Part shown: one piece after another, positions 9,531 through 18,952 of the stretch
Numbering within the stretch: position 1 is the first letter of the stretch
Layout of the letters: each line of letters starts with the position of its first letter
NCBI GenBank assembly: GCA_964343075.1
Contig: CAYFGT010000002.1
Location: 89,964-153,963 of the forward strand
DNA length: 64,000 nucleotides
Origin: an uncultured Dehalococcoidia bacterium
GTDB taxonomy: Bacteria; Chloroflexota; Dehalococcoidia; Lucifugimonadales; UBA3495
Direction: 5' to 3'
Made by a program: the position numbers and the translations under genes
Notes under the pieces: model-generated
Told to the model about the DNA's origin: nothing
Seen by the model: the letters and a program-made list of their open reading frames with translations, nothing else
The model's database searches: none

Positions 9531-10088
9531 CTAATCTTGTGGTGGCACAAAAGGATACGGTATATCTTTGCCGCCACGTATGGGTAATACGACAGTTGCG
9601 GTACCAGGCATACTTTCAACTCCATCTTGTGTCTTCATTCCAATTTCCAATTCGATGATACCCATGCCGTCTTTCTCAGTTTTGTCGACTACAGTGCCCC
9701 ACATTATTAGCACGTCATTAGGGGTCAACATTGCACGATGTTCGAATCTAGCTTTCCAAGGCCAACCTCCTGGTGATACCCAATCTTTCAAAAATTGAGG
9801 GACTACAGATTGTTTCCATGACCCATGAACTAAAATGGTTGGATTCTTGTCATGATTTAACGCAAAGTCTAAATCGTAGTGAATTCTGTGGAAGTTTTCT
9901 ATACTAGCTGACCACCTGAAAAGATGAGTTGGGGTTTGCCTGTATATGTATTTAGGGAGCTCTTGTCCTACTTCTACATCGTCATAATAAATTTGTTGTT
10001 TGTTTCTAATCGCCTGATCATCGGGACGTTCATTATGTTTTATAATGTCCTCAGGGTCCATATTTAATAAGTCATCAACTGTAACCAT
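9531..10088 (-). CDS. MaoC/hot-dog acyl-CoA (de)hydratase, catalytic-type subunit
   Basis: YYDDVEVGQELP, NFHRIHYD, LVHGSW; start at ATG 10088 behind GAGG (track 10106). Confidence 0.8.
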   Translation of the reverse strand: MVTVDDLLNMDPEDIIKHNERPDDQAIRNKQQIYYDDVEVGQELPKYIYRQTPTHLFRWSASIENFHRIHYDLDFALNHDKNPTILVHGSWKQSVVPQFLKDWVSPGGWPWKARFEHRAMLTPNDVLIMWGTVVDKTEKDGMGIIELEIGMKTQDGVESMPGTATVVLPIRGGKDIPYPFVPPQD

Positions 10089-10106
10089 ATTATTACCTCT
10101 AATCAA

Positions 10107-10661
10107 TTATCGTCTGATCGTTGTTGCGCGTGTTATACACAATAGATGATCATCTTGGTTGTAGAATTTTGTTTCTCTAGTTATCAATAGAAAAGCATTT
10201 CCTTCTCTGCCCACTCGTTCTCGGATATCGGAGTATCTATGTTGGAATTTGATTCTGTCTCCAATTGAAGGATATTCATATAATTCAAGTTCATTACCGC
10301 CGTTGACCACGCGTACTAGATCAGTTGGCACATTAGGAAGTTCTCCGAACTTTTTCACCGATCCTATACCATCAGAGAAAGGATTTTCTTCAAAAGCCTG
10401 AGTTACAGGATCGCCTCCACCTAAAGGTATTCGGCTGCTCATGTAAGAGACCATGATAGGGGGTACAGTTAGTTGGCCAAACCTACTACTTTTTGCCCAT
10501 TCTTCGTCCCAATACATTGGATCTGGATCCATTAACGCTTGGGCAAACCGTCTAAGATATTCTTGGTCTACCACTCCCATCATTTCTACCATTTCACCTT
10601 CAACACCAATCATTGATTGGACTTCCGGGGTCATTTTTGATTCTGCTGGTGTATTACTCAT
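10107..10661 (-). CDS. MaoC-like (FAS1 dehydratase N-terminal) hot-dog protein
   Basis: RRFAQALMDPDPMYWDEEWA..SRFG...PP, NGGNELE...PSIGD. Confidence 0.8.
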   Translation of the reverse strand: MSNTPAESKMTPEVQSMIGVEGEMVEMMGVVDQEYLRRFAQALMDPDPMYWDEEWAKSSRFGQLTVPPIMVSYMSSRIPLGGGDPVTQAFEENPFSDGIGSVKKFGELPNVPTDLVRVVNGGNELELYEYPSIGDRIKFQHRYSDIRERVGREGNAFLLITRETKFYNQDDHLLCITRATTIRR

Positions 10662-10685
10662 AATAATTCTCCGTTAGGTATTTAT

Positions 10686-11720
10686 TTATAGAGGTAGGCT
10701 GATTTCTTGCCCAGTCTGCCAGCTTCTTGTGACTGCTTCTGTGAATTCCATGTAGTGAACTCCGACGTCAAATGGAGTCCGCGTAACTGGTTCAGTTCCT
10801 CTTACGGCATTGATGAATTCTTCCTCTACTCTCCAATAAGCTTGCTTTGATTCAGGGTTTTCCATTGCTTCTAAAGATTTATCGCCCCGTTTCCCTGCGA
10901 AAACGTTTAATTGATTATCTACTTTAACAGTACCTTCACTCCCATATATCATAACGGAATTACCAGAAGATAATCCTGTTACGGTGCTAAAGCTCAGTCT
11001 CGCTTGTGCACCATTCGCCAGTCTTGCTAATATATCTATATGATCCGGGATAGTAATTCCTGTATAGTTACCCGAATCGTCTTTGCGTGCTGGTACATTG
11101 ATTGTTGCCATTGCGGAGACGGATTGAGCTTCTCCAACCCATCTGATCATTGCTTCGTACCAAATACCCATGTTCATTATATTGAAACCACTGAATTTGC
11201 GTTCGTTTCTCCAATGTAATGGAGCATCGCAGTCTATGAAGCCTGGTTGCAAGGACTCAACGTGTATGGCTAGCAATTTACCTATATAGCCATCATTAAC
11301 AAGTTCACTAAGTAAATTATCTACTTTAAATGATAGAGGAGAGGGTACGATTTGAGCAACCAGATGAGGATTTTCTTTGGAAGCAGCAAGCATGTGATGA
11401 GCGTCCTCTGCTGTAGCAGCCATTCTAGCTTCACATAATACATGTTTGCCGCTTTCCAAAGCATTAATTGTTATTGTGGAGTGCATATATGGCCAGGTAC
11501 CAATGCAAATAGCATCGATATCGGGATCCATAAGTAATTGCTGCCAATCCCCGTAAACCTTGGGGATATTGAATTGGTCCGCTACGACGTTACCGGATTC
11601 AATAGATCTATTGGCTACAGCTACCAATTCCACGTCATCTATTTTTTGGAATCCAGGAATGTGGCGATCTCTCGTGTTGCGCCCAGCTCCTATTAACCCT
11701 ACTCTGACTTTATCTGCCAT
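10686..11720 (-). CDS. Gfo/Idh/MocA-family oxidoreductase
   Basis: VGLIGAG, DPDIDAICIGT, ALESGKHVLCEARMA. Confidence 0.9.
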   Translation of the reverse strand: MADKVRVGLIGAGRNTRDRHIPGFQKIDDVELVAVANRSIESGNVVADQFNIPKVYGDWQQLLMDPDIDAICIGTWPYMHSTITINALESGKHVLCEARMAATAEDAHHMLAASKENPHLVAQIVPSPLSFKVDNLLSELVNDGYIGKLLAIHVESLQPGFIDCDAPLHWRNERKFSGFNIMNMGIWYEAMIRWVGEAQSVSAMATINVPARKDDSGNYTGITIPDHIDILARLANGAQARLSFSTVTGLSSGNSVMIYGSEGTVKVDNQLNVFAGKRGDKSLEAMENPESKQAYWRVEEEFINAVRGTEPVTRTPFDVGVHYMEFTEAVTRSWQTGQEISLPL

Positions 11721-11789
11721 TGTGTACTCCTATGTGATCTAATCTATAACAACGGCATTATATTGCAGGCGAGGGGCCGGAGTCCATGT

Positions 11790-13352
11790 TTATGGCAGTT
11801 TCTTTAGGGTTCCTGCTCGCAAAGATTTGAATAGACCTGACTGTATTCCAGCAACGATAGCGCCCGATAACATAGTGAATATTACAATAGAAGTTGCCGT
11901 AGAGAATCCGTCTCTGTATATGTTTTGATACTCTGCTAAGGATTCTATGCGTAAGGTTTCAAGAATACTTGCTGCTGGTAAGGCGAGAGCCATCACAGTT
12001 GCTGATATCGTTGAACCTATGGTATGTCCTAATTGCCTATCCATTTCAAGAGTTCCAGATGCAAATGCAGCATCTTCTTCTAGATTGTTCATCACGTTTG
12101 CATTGGAAGGACTATTGAATGCGTGGGTCCCAAGGAATGCAATCATTAACAATAAGGCGATCCCCCATACAGGGACCATGTTTGAAAATATGGCTAAACT
12201 GCCTATCCCAATTACTATTAAGAGTAATGACCCTGGTCTTAACCACGGTGGATCATTTTTATCAAATATGAAGCCAGCTAAGATTGGAACAATTAATCCT
12301 AATGACTGCCCAGGGACCAACACCCACGAAGCAACCAAAGGTCCATATCCTCTTCCCTCTTGTACCAGAATAGGTATGAGTACCACAGTACTCATCATGC
12401 TCATATGGAATACAAAATCACTAAAAACAGCCATACTGAAACCAGGGCGTTCTTTAAAATAACTGAATCTAAAGAATGGTGCCTGATCGTTTCTTTGCAA
12501 TATAAGGAAACATACTGTCAGCCCAACAAAACATAGGATGATCGGCAGTTGGAGATTCATTGATGTTAGATTTACTCCAGAGCTTAAATCAGACCATAGA
12601 GTATTTATACCAGAGGTAGTATTTCTGAACCAGCCGGATGCGTTAAGTGAGATTACTAGTGCAATTATCATTGCACTGAAAAAGAAAGCAGTGAAATAGT
12701 TTATCGATACTGTTTTAGATTTGTCAGGTTTTAGGTAGTCAAATTTAATCAGCCCTCGTACGTTCCACAAACACCATAATCCTATTGGGAATCCTGTAAA
12801 GAACACTAGTCTCCAACTACTCCATTCTAATAACGGTCCAAAAGCCATCATCCCAAGTAATGTGCCTGCTCTTGCCGCTATGATCGGTATAGAATAAGCT
12901 TTTCCACGTTCATTAGGTGCGAAAGTGGCTGTTAAGATTGGGTTTGCTGTTGCTGTGATCATTGCAGCACCTAATCCAATGAACCCGTTCCATATTATTA
13001 AGAAGTAGATATCAGGAGATATTGCAGCTAAACCAGATGCTACGGTGATTAGAATACCTCCAATTATGAATATAGGAGCATAGCCATGTTTTTGTCCCAG
13101 CTTAGCAAAAAGCAGTACTGTACTACTTAATATTAGCAGGCGAATAATTACCGTCCAGCTAGCTGTTATGAGGTCTGTTTCATAAAAGTCTTTGACGGTT
13201 GGTATAGTCAATGCCACAGGTATTGTAGAAATCTGTACAAGTAATTGACTAGCGGCTAAGGACCGTAAAACTGCTTTTTTTTCGGTGGTAGAACCTAACG
13301 CCTTGAACGCCGCAACGATATTTAAGCTATCAAAGAGTTTCCTGAGCATCAT
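11790..13352 (-). CDS. MFS transporter (DHA2-like, about 14 TM)
   Basis: Many hydrophobic helices, motif A-like AKLGQKHGY, NERGKA; ATG 13352 preferred over track GTG 13391. Confidence 0.8.
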   Translation of the reverse strand: MMLRKLFDSLNIVAAFKALGSTTEKKAVLRSLAASQLLVQISTIPVALTIPTVKDFYETDLITASWTVIIRLLILSSTVLLFAKLGQKHGYAPIFIIGGILITVASGLAAISPDIYFLIIWNGFIGLGAAMITATANPILTATFAPNERGKAYSIPIIAARAGTLLGMMAFGPLLEWSSWRLVFFTGFPIGLWCLWNVRGLIKFDYLKPDKSKTVSINYFTAFFFSAMIIALVISLNASGWFRNTTSGINTLWSDLSSGVNLTSMNLQLPIILCFVGLTVCFLILQRNDQAPFFRFSYFKERPGFSMAVFSDFVFHMSMMSTVVLIPILVQEGRGYGPLVASWVLVPGQSLGLIVPILAGFIFDKNDPPWLRPGSLLLIVIGIGSLAIFSNMVPVWGIALLLMIAFLGTHAFNSPSNANVMNNLEEDAAFASGTLEMDRQLGHTIGSTISATVMALALPAASILETLRIESLAEYQNIYRDGFSTATSIVIFTMLSGAIVAGIQSGLFKSLRAGTLKKLP

Positions 13353-13430
13353 ATATCCAGAACTGAAATAATTAGAAACCAACAGTATCACAGGATGTCA
13401 CTTTTGTATATGTTGGTGAGTTAAAAAAGT

Positions 13431-13450
13431 AGCAATTATCAGCAATTATC
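13431..13450. repeat. 10-bp tandem duplication AGCAATTATC x2 over the stop codon of the loader ATPase
   Basis: Read directly from sequence. Confidence 0.7.
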
Positions 13451-14810
13451 GAATTCTTCGTTGGTCTCGATAATTCGGGCTAATAATGGGGAGCCAGTCT
13501 ACAACCATGCTGTCTACTAGTCGTGATGCGATTCTTGCTTTTGAATGCTCTAATTCATCTAGACTCAGAGAGGAAGTTATTATGGTTGGCATTCGAAGTT
13601 CATGTCTATGAACGATAATCTGGTAAAGTTTCTCTTCCGCCCAAGGAGTACTACTCTCTCCGCCTAGGTCATCTAATATTAGAATCTCACTTTCTTTCAA
13701 AGATTCAAATACAACATCGAAATTAACGTTAGTTGTAGGAGAAAAACTTGCTCTCAGATAGTCTAATAAATTAGGTACGAAGGCGTAATAGACTGACTTC
13801 CCTGCACGTTCAAGTTCATTCGCTATCGATATCGCTAAATGAGTCTTACCAGAGCCGTTTGGGCCTGTTAATAGGATCCATCCTTCAGGATTTTGAGCGA
13901 ATGTTTTACATCCAGTTAAGGTCTGCTGCAAAGCATTTTGTTGTTCTCGATTTGAATTTGAATTACCTGATGGATCAAAATTTCCAAAGGTCATTCTAGA
14001 GGCCATTTGTTTAGGTATTTGGCCAATGTTTCCGGTGCTTTGATTAGTTTTGTTGCCTACTTCGACTAATTGAGAAAATGCTCCGTTTGGACGTAACTTG
14101 AACGCTATAGAATCTTCAAGAGCATCAAAAGGATATCGTACTGTAAAGACTGTTGGCAGTTTATAATTAAATCTATGATTTAGAATTTGAAGCAGTTTTT
14201 CATGAGCCCATGGAGTGGAGGAATTGGTATTTAGATCGTCTAATACTAGAAATGATACAGATTTGATTTGCTCAAATAAAGAATCATATTGAGAGTCTGT
14301 ATCAGGAGCAAAAGCAGATCTCAAATGATCCAATAATTCTGAAACAGATATGAAATAGGTCATTATCCCGCTGTGGATTGCTTTGTTCGCTATACACGCC
14401 GCTAAATGGGTTTTCCCAGAATTATGTGATCCAGTAAATACTAGCCAGCCGCTAGGATTGCTGGCATAAGTTTTGGAGATTGATAGCGCATTTTCGAACA
14501 AGTCTGTACGTTGTTCATTGTTTAAATGTTCTAGAGATGTGGTGTCAAAATTTATCGAAGACAAAGGACCTAAATTGCTCAGGGTTTGTAGGGTGGCAAG
14601 CTTGGTGTGGGAGTTCTTGGACTCTTGGCAAACGCATTGGAATGCAACACCAAAGTCTGGATGACCGAAAGGGAGTTGTTTACTAACCCATCCGATGTCC
14701 TCGCAAATATCACAGTTTACGATTTCAGGGCTTTCTATTTCTGAGACGTCTGTATTCGTCAATGTACTTGTTATTGTCAGTCGCTTCAGTATGTCGCCTA
14801 AACTTTCCAT
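13446..14810 (-). CDS. DnaC/IstB-like helicase-loader ATPase with N-terminal Zn-finger and two tandem AAA+ modules
   Basis: CDIC...CVC; Walker A GSHNSGKT and GPNGSGKT; Walker B LVLDDL and LILDDL; each module ends with WA.EKL.QI..HR. Confidence 0.85.
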   Translation of the reverse strand: MESLGDILKRLTITSTLTNTDVSEIESPEIVNCDICEDIGWVSKQLPFGHPDFGVAFQCVCQESKNSHTKLATLQTLSNLGPLSSINFDTTSLEHLNNEQRTDLFENALSISKTYASNPSGWLVFTGSHNSGKTHLAACIANKAIHSGIMTYFISVSELLDHLRSAFAPDTDSQYDSLFEQIKSVSFLVLDDLNTNSSTPWAHEKLLQILNHRFNYKLPTVFTVRYPFDALEDSIAFKLRPNGAFSQLVEVGNKTNQSTGNIGQIPKQMASRMTFGNFDPSGNSNSNREQQNALQQTLTGCKTFAQNPEGWILLTGPNGSGKTHLAISIANELERAGKSVYYAFVPNLLDYLRASFSPTTNVNFDVVFESLKESEILILDDLGGESSTPWAEEKLYQIIVHRHELRMPTIITSSLSLDELEHSKARIASRLVDSMVVDWLPIISPNYRDQRRIR

Positions 14811-15405
14811 TTTTCTTACCTTCTAATTTCCATCTAGATAATATGGTGTTTATATACCGCCAATGGTTTTTTTCGCCTGTAACAGCTATGTTAAAGGCCT
14901 CAGAGATCCATTCTGGAGGATACAATGTTTCCGCCTCTTTAAGTTCTTCAGACACCGATGGTGTTATAGTACCAATGTGATTCTCATAAAGTCGATATAT
15001 ATTAATTGGTTGTTCTCGGGGCTCCGGGTTTTCGACAAGCTCCAGACGCTGATCTGGTTCAGATAGATGTTCTTTAGTTTCGAAACCTAAGCGCTCTGCG
15101 GTTTTCAGCCAGTTTGATATACAAGCTATGTAATACACAGTAGTTGATACTGGATGCTTTTTCTGTAATTCTATTATTACTCTGTCTTCTAAAGCTACGT
15201 TTATTCCCATACGTATACTATGTTTGTTGAAGTATAGACCTCGGTTTAATGTTTCATTGTCGATCAGTGAATGTTCCTCTACAGGTACTGGATTATTGTC
15301 GTCGATGATAGATAAGAGAGTTAGGCATACTTTGAGGGCCCTTATATCCGATATATTGGTTATAAGGTGATTGGTTAACTCGCTTCTGGAGTGATAAGGG
15401 TTCAT
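14725..15405 (-). CDS. DnaD-domain protein
   Basis: NIYRLYENHIG.ITP...EEL, WISEAFNIAV, WRYINTILSRW; lies between dnaB and the loader ATPase. Confidence 0.8.
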   Translation of the reverse strand: MNPYHSRSELTNHLITNISDIRALKVCLTLLSIIDDNNPVPVEEHSLIDNETLNRGLYFNKHSIRMGINVALEDRVIIELQKKHPVSTTVYYIACISNWLKTAERLGFETKEHLSEPDQRLELVENPEPREQPINIYRLYENHIGTITPSVSEELKEAETLYPPEWISEAFNIAVTGEKNHWRYINTILSRWKLEGKKNGKFRRHTEATDNNKYIDEYRRLRNRKP

Positions 15406-15409
15406 TTAG

Positions 15410-16777
15410 CTACGGACTCTGGATTCTTGGTAATGAGTTAAATCTGACATAGTTTTCATTAAATACCAAATTCATACTACCTGTTGGGCCGTGCCTATGT
15501 TTGGAAACAATAATTTCTGCTATTCCTTTTGGATACGGTTTATCAGGGAACATGCTGTCCCACTCTGATTCGGTGTAGTATACGTCTTCTCTATATATGA
15601 AAAATACGACGTCAGAATCTTGTTCTATAGAGCCTGAGTCTCGTAGATCTGATAATTGAGGCCTATGGGATGGTCTATTTTCTATGACTCTGCTTAATTG
15701 GGATAATGTTAATATAGGAATATTCAAATCTCTTGCCATACCTTTAATTGACCTAGATATGTGACTAATTTCTTGTACTCGATTTGTAACTGCAGAAGCT
15801 GATGTCCCTTGTATAAGTTGTAAATAATCTATAACTAGCATGTCAAGGCCATGTTCTAGGGCTAATCGTCTACTTTTTGTTTGCATTTCTAGGATAGATT
15901 GAAAGGGAGTGTCGTCAATAAATAAGGGAATGTCTGATAACTGTCCTATGGAATCTGTAATTCTTTGTTCGTCAGCTTCTGTAACTAGGCCTAAACGTAA
16001 TCTGTGCGCATCCACTTCCGCTTCAGATGCTAACATTCTCATGGCGAGTTGTTCTCGACTCATTTCAAGACTGAAAATACCTACTTTGAGTCCATTTTTA
16101 GCGGCGGTCACAGCCATGCTCACAGCAAGAGAGCTTTTACCCAGTCCTGGTCTCGCTCCTAACACTACCATATCCGATCTTTGCAATCCTCCCAACAACT
16201 GGTCAAAGTCTTCGTAGCCGGTCATGATAGGGCCAGATGAAATGTCTAATTCATCAGCAAAAGTAGCTCGGTCTTCTAAATATTCATCAAAGATCTGTCT
16301 TAGTGGAGCGAATCCTCTATTAGTTGCAACGTCACTTATTTGGAATATCAAGTCTTCTGCTTGCCTGATAGATACATCAACGTCTTCATTGTCTGCATAT
16401 CCGATAGCTGAAATTTTAGTTGCTGCATCTATAAGTTGACGCATTTTAGAAGCTCTGGATATGAGGTTTGCATAATATTCAGCATTGACTGAGGTTGGGG
16501 TTATCGCGATTAAGTGGCTTAGATAGGCCATTCCTCCAACTGTGTCTAAATGATCGTTTCTACTAAGTTCTCTGGATAATGTTATCTGATCTATTACTTC
16601 ACTTCTTTCGATTAGTTTCGTGCAGGCAGCGAAACAAAGACGATTTTTTTCTCTGTAGAAATCATCAGGATTTATGCGATGCGATACTTTGAGAAAAGCA
16701 TCGCTGTCTATCAAAATCGAGCCTAAGACGGCCTCTTCGGCTACTATATCATGTGGCAGAAGTTGTTCTGCATACAT
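15410..16777 (-). CDS. dnaB: Replicative DNA helicase DnaB
   Basis: PHDIVAEEAVLGSIL, GARPGLGKSS, VIDYLQL, LSQLSR, DLRDSGSIEQDSD, KHRHGPTG; no intein. Confidence 0.97.
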   Translation of the reverse strand: MYAEQLLPHDIVAEEAVLGSILIDSDAFLKVSHRINPDDFYREKNRLCFAACTKLIERSEVIDQITLSRELSRNDHLDTVGGMAYLSHLIAITPTSVNAEYYANLISRASKMRQLIDAATKISAIGYADNEDVDVSIRQAEDLIFQISDVATNRGFAPLRQIFDEYLEDRATFADELDISSGPIMTGYEDFDQLLGGLQRSDMVVLGARPGLGKSSLAVSMAVTAAKNGLKVGIFSLEMSREQLAMRMLASEAEVDAHRLRLGLVTEADEQRITDSIGQLSDIPLFIDDTPFQSILEMQTKSRRLALEHGLDMLVIDYLQLIQGTSASAVTNRVQEISHISRSIKGMARDLNIPILTLSQLSRVIENRPSHRPQLSDLRDSGSIEQDSDVVFFIYREDVYYTESEWDSMFPDKPYPKGIAEIIVSKHRHGPTGSMNLVFNENYVRFNSLPRIQSP

Positions 16778-16779
16778 GA

Positions 16780-17229
16780 CTATTCTTCAGAAGTGGCTAT
16801 AATTTGGATGTCAGCGGTTATTTCGTTTGCTAGTCTTAAGGTGACGTTGTAATCTCCAGGCTCTCTAATTGCTTCCATAACATCTAATAGTCTTCTTTCA
16901 ATTGTCCTGCCCAAGATTTCACTCAGTTCATCTGCGACTCTAGTACCAGTAATAGCTCCGTAGTATCTGCCTGTAGGAGTAACTCTTCCAGAAATCTCTA
17001 CTGAAGTACCTTCAATCAATTTGGCAAGTTCCGCCATTTCTTCGGTTACTTTGATTCTTGCAAGATCTCCTGCGTGCTTGATTTTGTGCAGTCGCTTTAG
17101 GGCGTCTTGTGTAACTAATTCCGCATATTTCTTAGGGATTAGGTAGTTTCTAGCGTAGCCGTCTGCTACATTTTTTATTTGTCCTGCTTCGGCTGTGCCT
17201 GGCACATCTTGTAAAAATACTACTTCCAT
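16780..17229 (-). CDS. rplI: 50S ribosomal protein L9
   Basis: MEVVFLQDV..G..GQIKNVADGYARNYLIP. Confidence 0.97.
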   Translation of the reverse strand: MEVVFLQDVPGTAEAGQIKNVADGYARNYLIPKKYAELVTQDALKRLHKIKHAGDLARIKVTEEMAELAKLIEGTSVEISGRVTPTGRYYGAITGTRVADELSEILGRTIERRLLDVMEAIREPGDYNVTLRLANEITADIQIIATSEE

Positions 17230-17290
17230 ACTCGAACCTTCATGAATTTATGAGGTATCATTATACATTAATGAATAAGAAAAGTGGGAA

Positions 17291-18058
17291 TTACACTGAT
17301 TTCACACATTTCATAACAACACATGGCCAAGAGAAATGAATATCATCATCTTTAAATGTGATTTGGAATGCTTCCTGCGTTTCGGGGCTAGCCTTGATAA
17401 ATTTTTGTTGTAAATATTCACTGAATGTTTTTGAGACTCCAGTACGACCTACCCAGCTACTAAATACTAGATGAATTCTAGTTAATTGACTGGTTTGTGT
17501 ATTAAATCCATACTCGTTTATAAGGCCATTTATTTCGGAAATTCTCCGATTCCGGATATGAGATGGGTCTCTTTCCTCTTCGATTTCGTTTAACCAGTGG
17601 TCTAAATGATCATCTTCTGGGCTGATACTGTCTGCTAAGATCATGATGCCACCAGGTTTTAGAATTCGGGCACATTCTTTAATGTACTGTGAAAATTCAG
17701 GAAAATGATGCCCAGCTTTTCGACAGGTTACCAGTTCTATAGAGTCGCTCATTAATGGGATTTTTTCAGCTACGTTTTGGATGGCGAAGATATTTGTGGC
17801 ATTCGTATAGAGACATGCTTTGATTGTCTGATTAAGCATTGGGCGAGTAGGGTCGCTCGCAATTACTGTTTGTGAAAATCTGGAGATACTCAGAGCTGTG
17901 AACCCCGCTCCTGTGCCTACATCAACAGAGGTTTTGAAATAATGTCCTGAGAGCATGTTTTCGATAATATCTAAACTATCGTCACGGACATGGACAGAAC
18001 TTTGAGCATAGGCTTCGGCGTTTGTGCCAAATATTTCTTGAGCTTTAGATCTTGTCAT
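17291..18058 (-). CDS. Class I SAM-dependent methyltransferase (YcgJ/YafE-like)
   Basis: VDVGTGAGFT, AEKIPL, AGHHF, RILKPGG, RDPSH. Confidence 0.85.
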   Translation of the reverse strand: MTRSKAQEIFGTNAEAYAQSSVHVRDDSLDIIENMLSGHYFKTSVDVGTGAGFTALSISRFSQTVIASDPTRPMLNQTIKACLYTNATNIFAIQNVAEKIPLMSDSIELVTCRKAGHHFPEFSQYIKECARILKPGGIMILADSISPEDDHLDHWLNEIEEERDPSHIRNRRISEINGLINEYGFNTQTSQLTRIHLVFSSWVGRTGVSKTFSEYLQQKFIKASPETQEAFQITFKDDDIHFSWPCVVMKCVKSV

Positions 18059-18168
18059 AATATTTTCAGTTATTAAGCAGGTAAATTCTGATGCAATAAT
18101 ACAGTAATACTAAAAACAACGTTATTATTGACCCGATCAGTAGTTTTATTAAATTAATTTTGTTCATA

Positions 18169-18597
18169 TTAGTCAGTCATTAATTTTTTTAATTTGGGTA
18201 CGTCAACATAAAAATAATTATAGTATTCTGAAATAACTGTCCAGAAACCATCATTATCGGTTTGGCTGCCATCTACTTCCCCGAACCACATAGGTAATTG
18301 AGATTGGAGATCTTCTAATACACTTTGGCCGTGAGTTATCAAGTGTTCGATTCCATCGTTTGTAATTACATATTTCTTGCTAGAGGTAGTTGTTAACATG
18401 TTGCGATCGAGAAGTGATTTGATACAAGTACGGATCCTATCAGGCATACTCGCACTTATCTTTGATTGAATTTGAGAGCTTACACCTTTTACTATTATCT
18501 TGTCTGCTATAGTAATAATGTCTTCATAGGATTGGCCTTCTTTGGGATGATTTAACGCGTTGTAATTAAGTACAAACATTTCATAATGTTTATTCAT
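18169..18597 (-). CDS. Hypothetical protein, possible winged-helix domain
   Basis: 142-aa ORF filling the gap; LLDRNML....KYVITNDG resembles a wHTH wing. Confidence 0.55.
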   Translation of the reverse strand: MNKHYEMFVLNYNALNHPKEGQSYEDIITIADKIIVKGVSSQIQSKISASMPDRIRTCIKSLLDRNMLTTTSSKKYVITNDGIEHLITHGQSVLEDLQSQLPMWFGEVDGSQTDNDGFWTVISEYYNYFYVDVPKLKKLMTD

Positions 18598-18682
18598 TTT
18601 CTTACCGTCTAAGATTTTCTTTATAATCAGCGATTATGTCTGATTCCAAGTTTGTGATCATGGTTAGCAAAGAGTTCCTAAG

Positions 18683-18757
18683 TGGTCGGGGTGATAGGAT
18701 TTGAACCTACGACCTCCTGTTCCCAAAACAGGCGCGCTACCCCTGCGCTACACCCCG
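18683..18757 (-). tRNA. tRNA-Pro(UGG), CCA encoded
   Basis: Reverse complement CGGGGTGTAGCGCAGGGGTAGCGCGCCTGTTTTGGGAACAGGAGGTCGTAGGTTCAAATCCTATCACCCCGACCA. Confidence 0.95.
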
Positions 18758-18762
18758 ATAAA

Positions 18763-18837
18763 TGGTACCCCCGGAGAGGGTCGAACTCTCGTCTCAGGCT
18801 CCGGAGGCCAGCGCTCTATCCACTGAGCTACGGGGGC
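18763..18837 (-). tRNA. tRNA-Arg(CCG), CCA encoded, tandem with tRNA-Pro
   Basis: Reverse complement GCCCCCGTAGCTCAGTGGATAGAGCGCTGGCCTCCGGAGCCTGAGACGAGAGTTCGACCCTCTCCGGGGGTACCA. Confidence 0.93.
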
Positions 18838-18952
18838 CTAGAGCTATTAAGAATACCATGGCTCTCAGATACAAACAAGAACTTTGATTTTGTGTGCGTA
18901 GACAAAATAACTTACTGAATATAGACTAGATTTGATTTAAGAGGAGGGTATC

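Noticed and set aside
11765-11786. GC-rich patch GCAGGCGAGGGGCCGGAGTCC as a tRNA remnant or riboswitch
   Set aside because: No cloverleaf, T-loop or recognisable aptamer on either strand.
13431-13450. AGCAATTATC tandem duplication as a target-site duplication
   Set aside because: Nothing lies between the copies and no mobile element is nearby; likely slippage.
18682-18918. 78-aa ORF MVGVIGFEPTT...
   Set aside because: It is the antisense reading of tRNA-Pro and tRNA-Arg, a familiar spurious translation.
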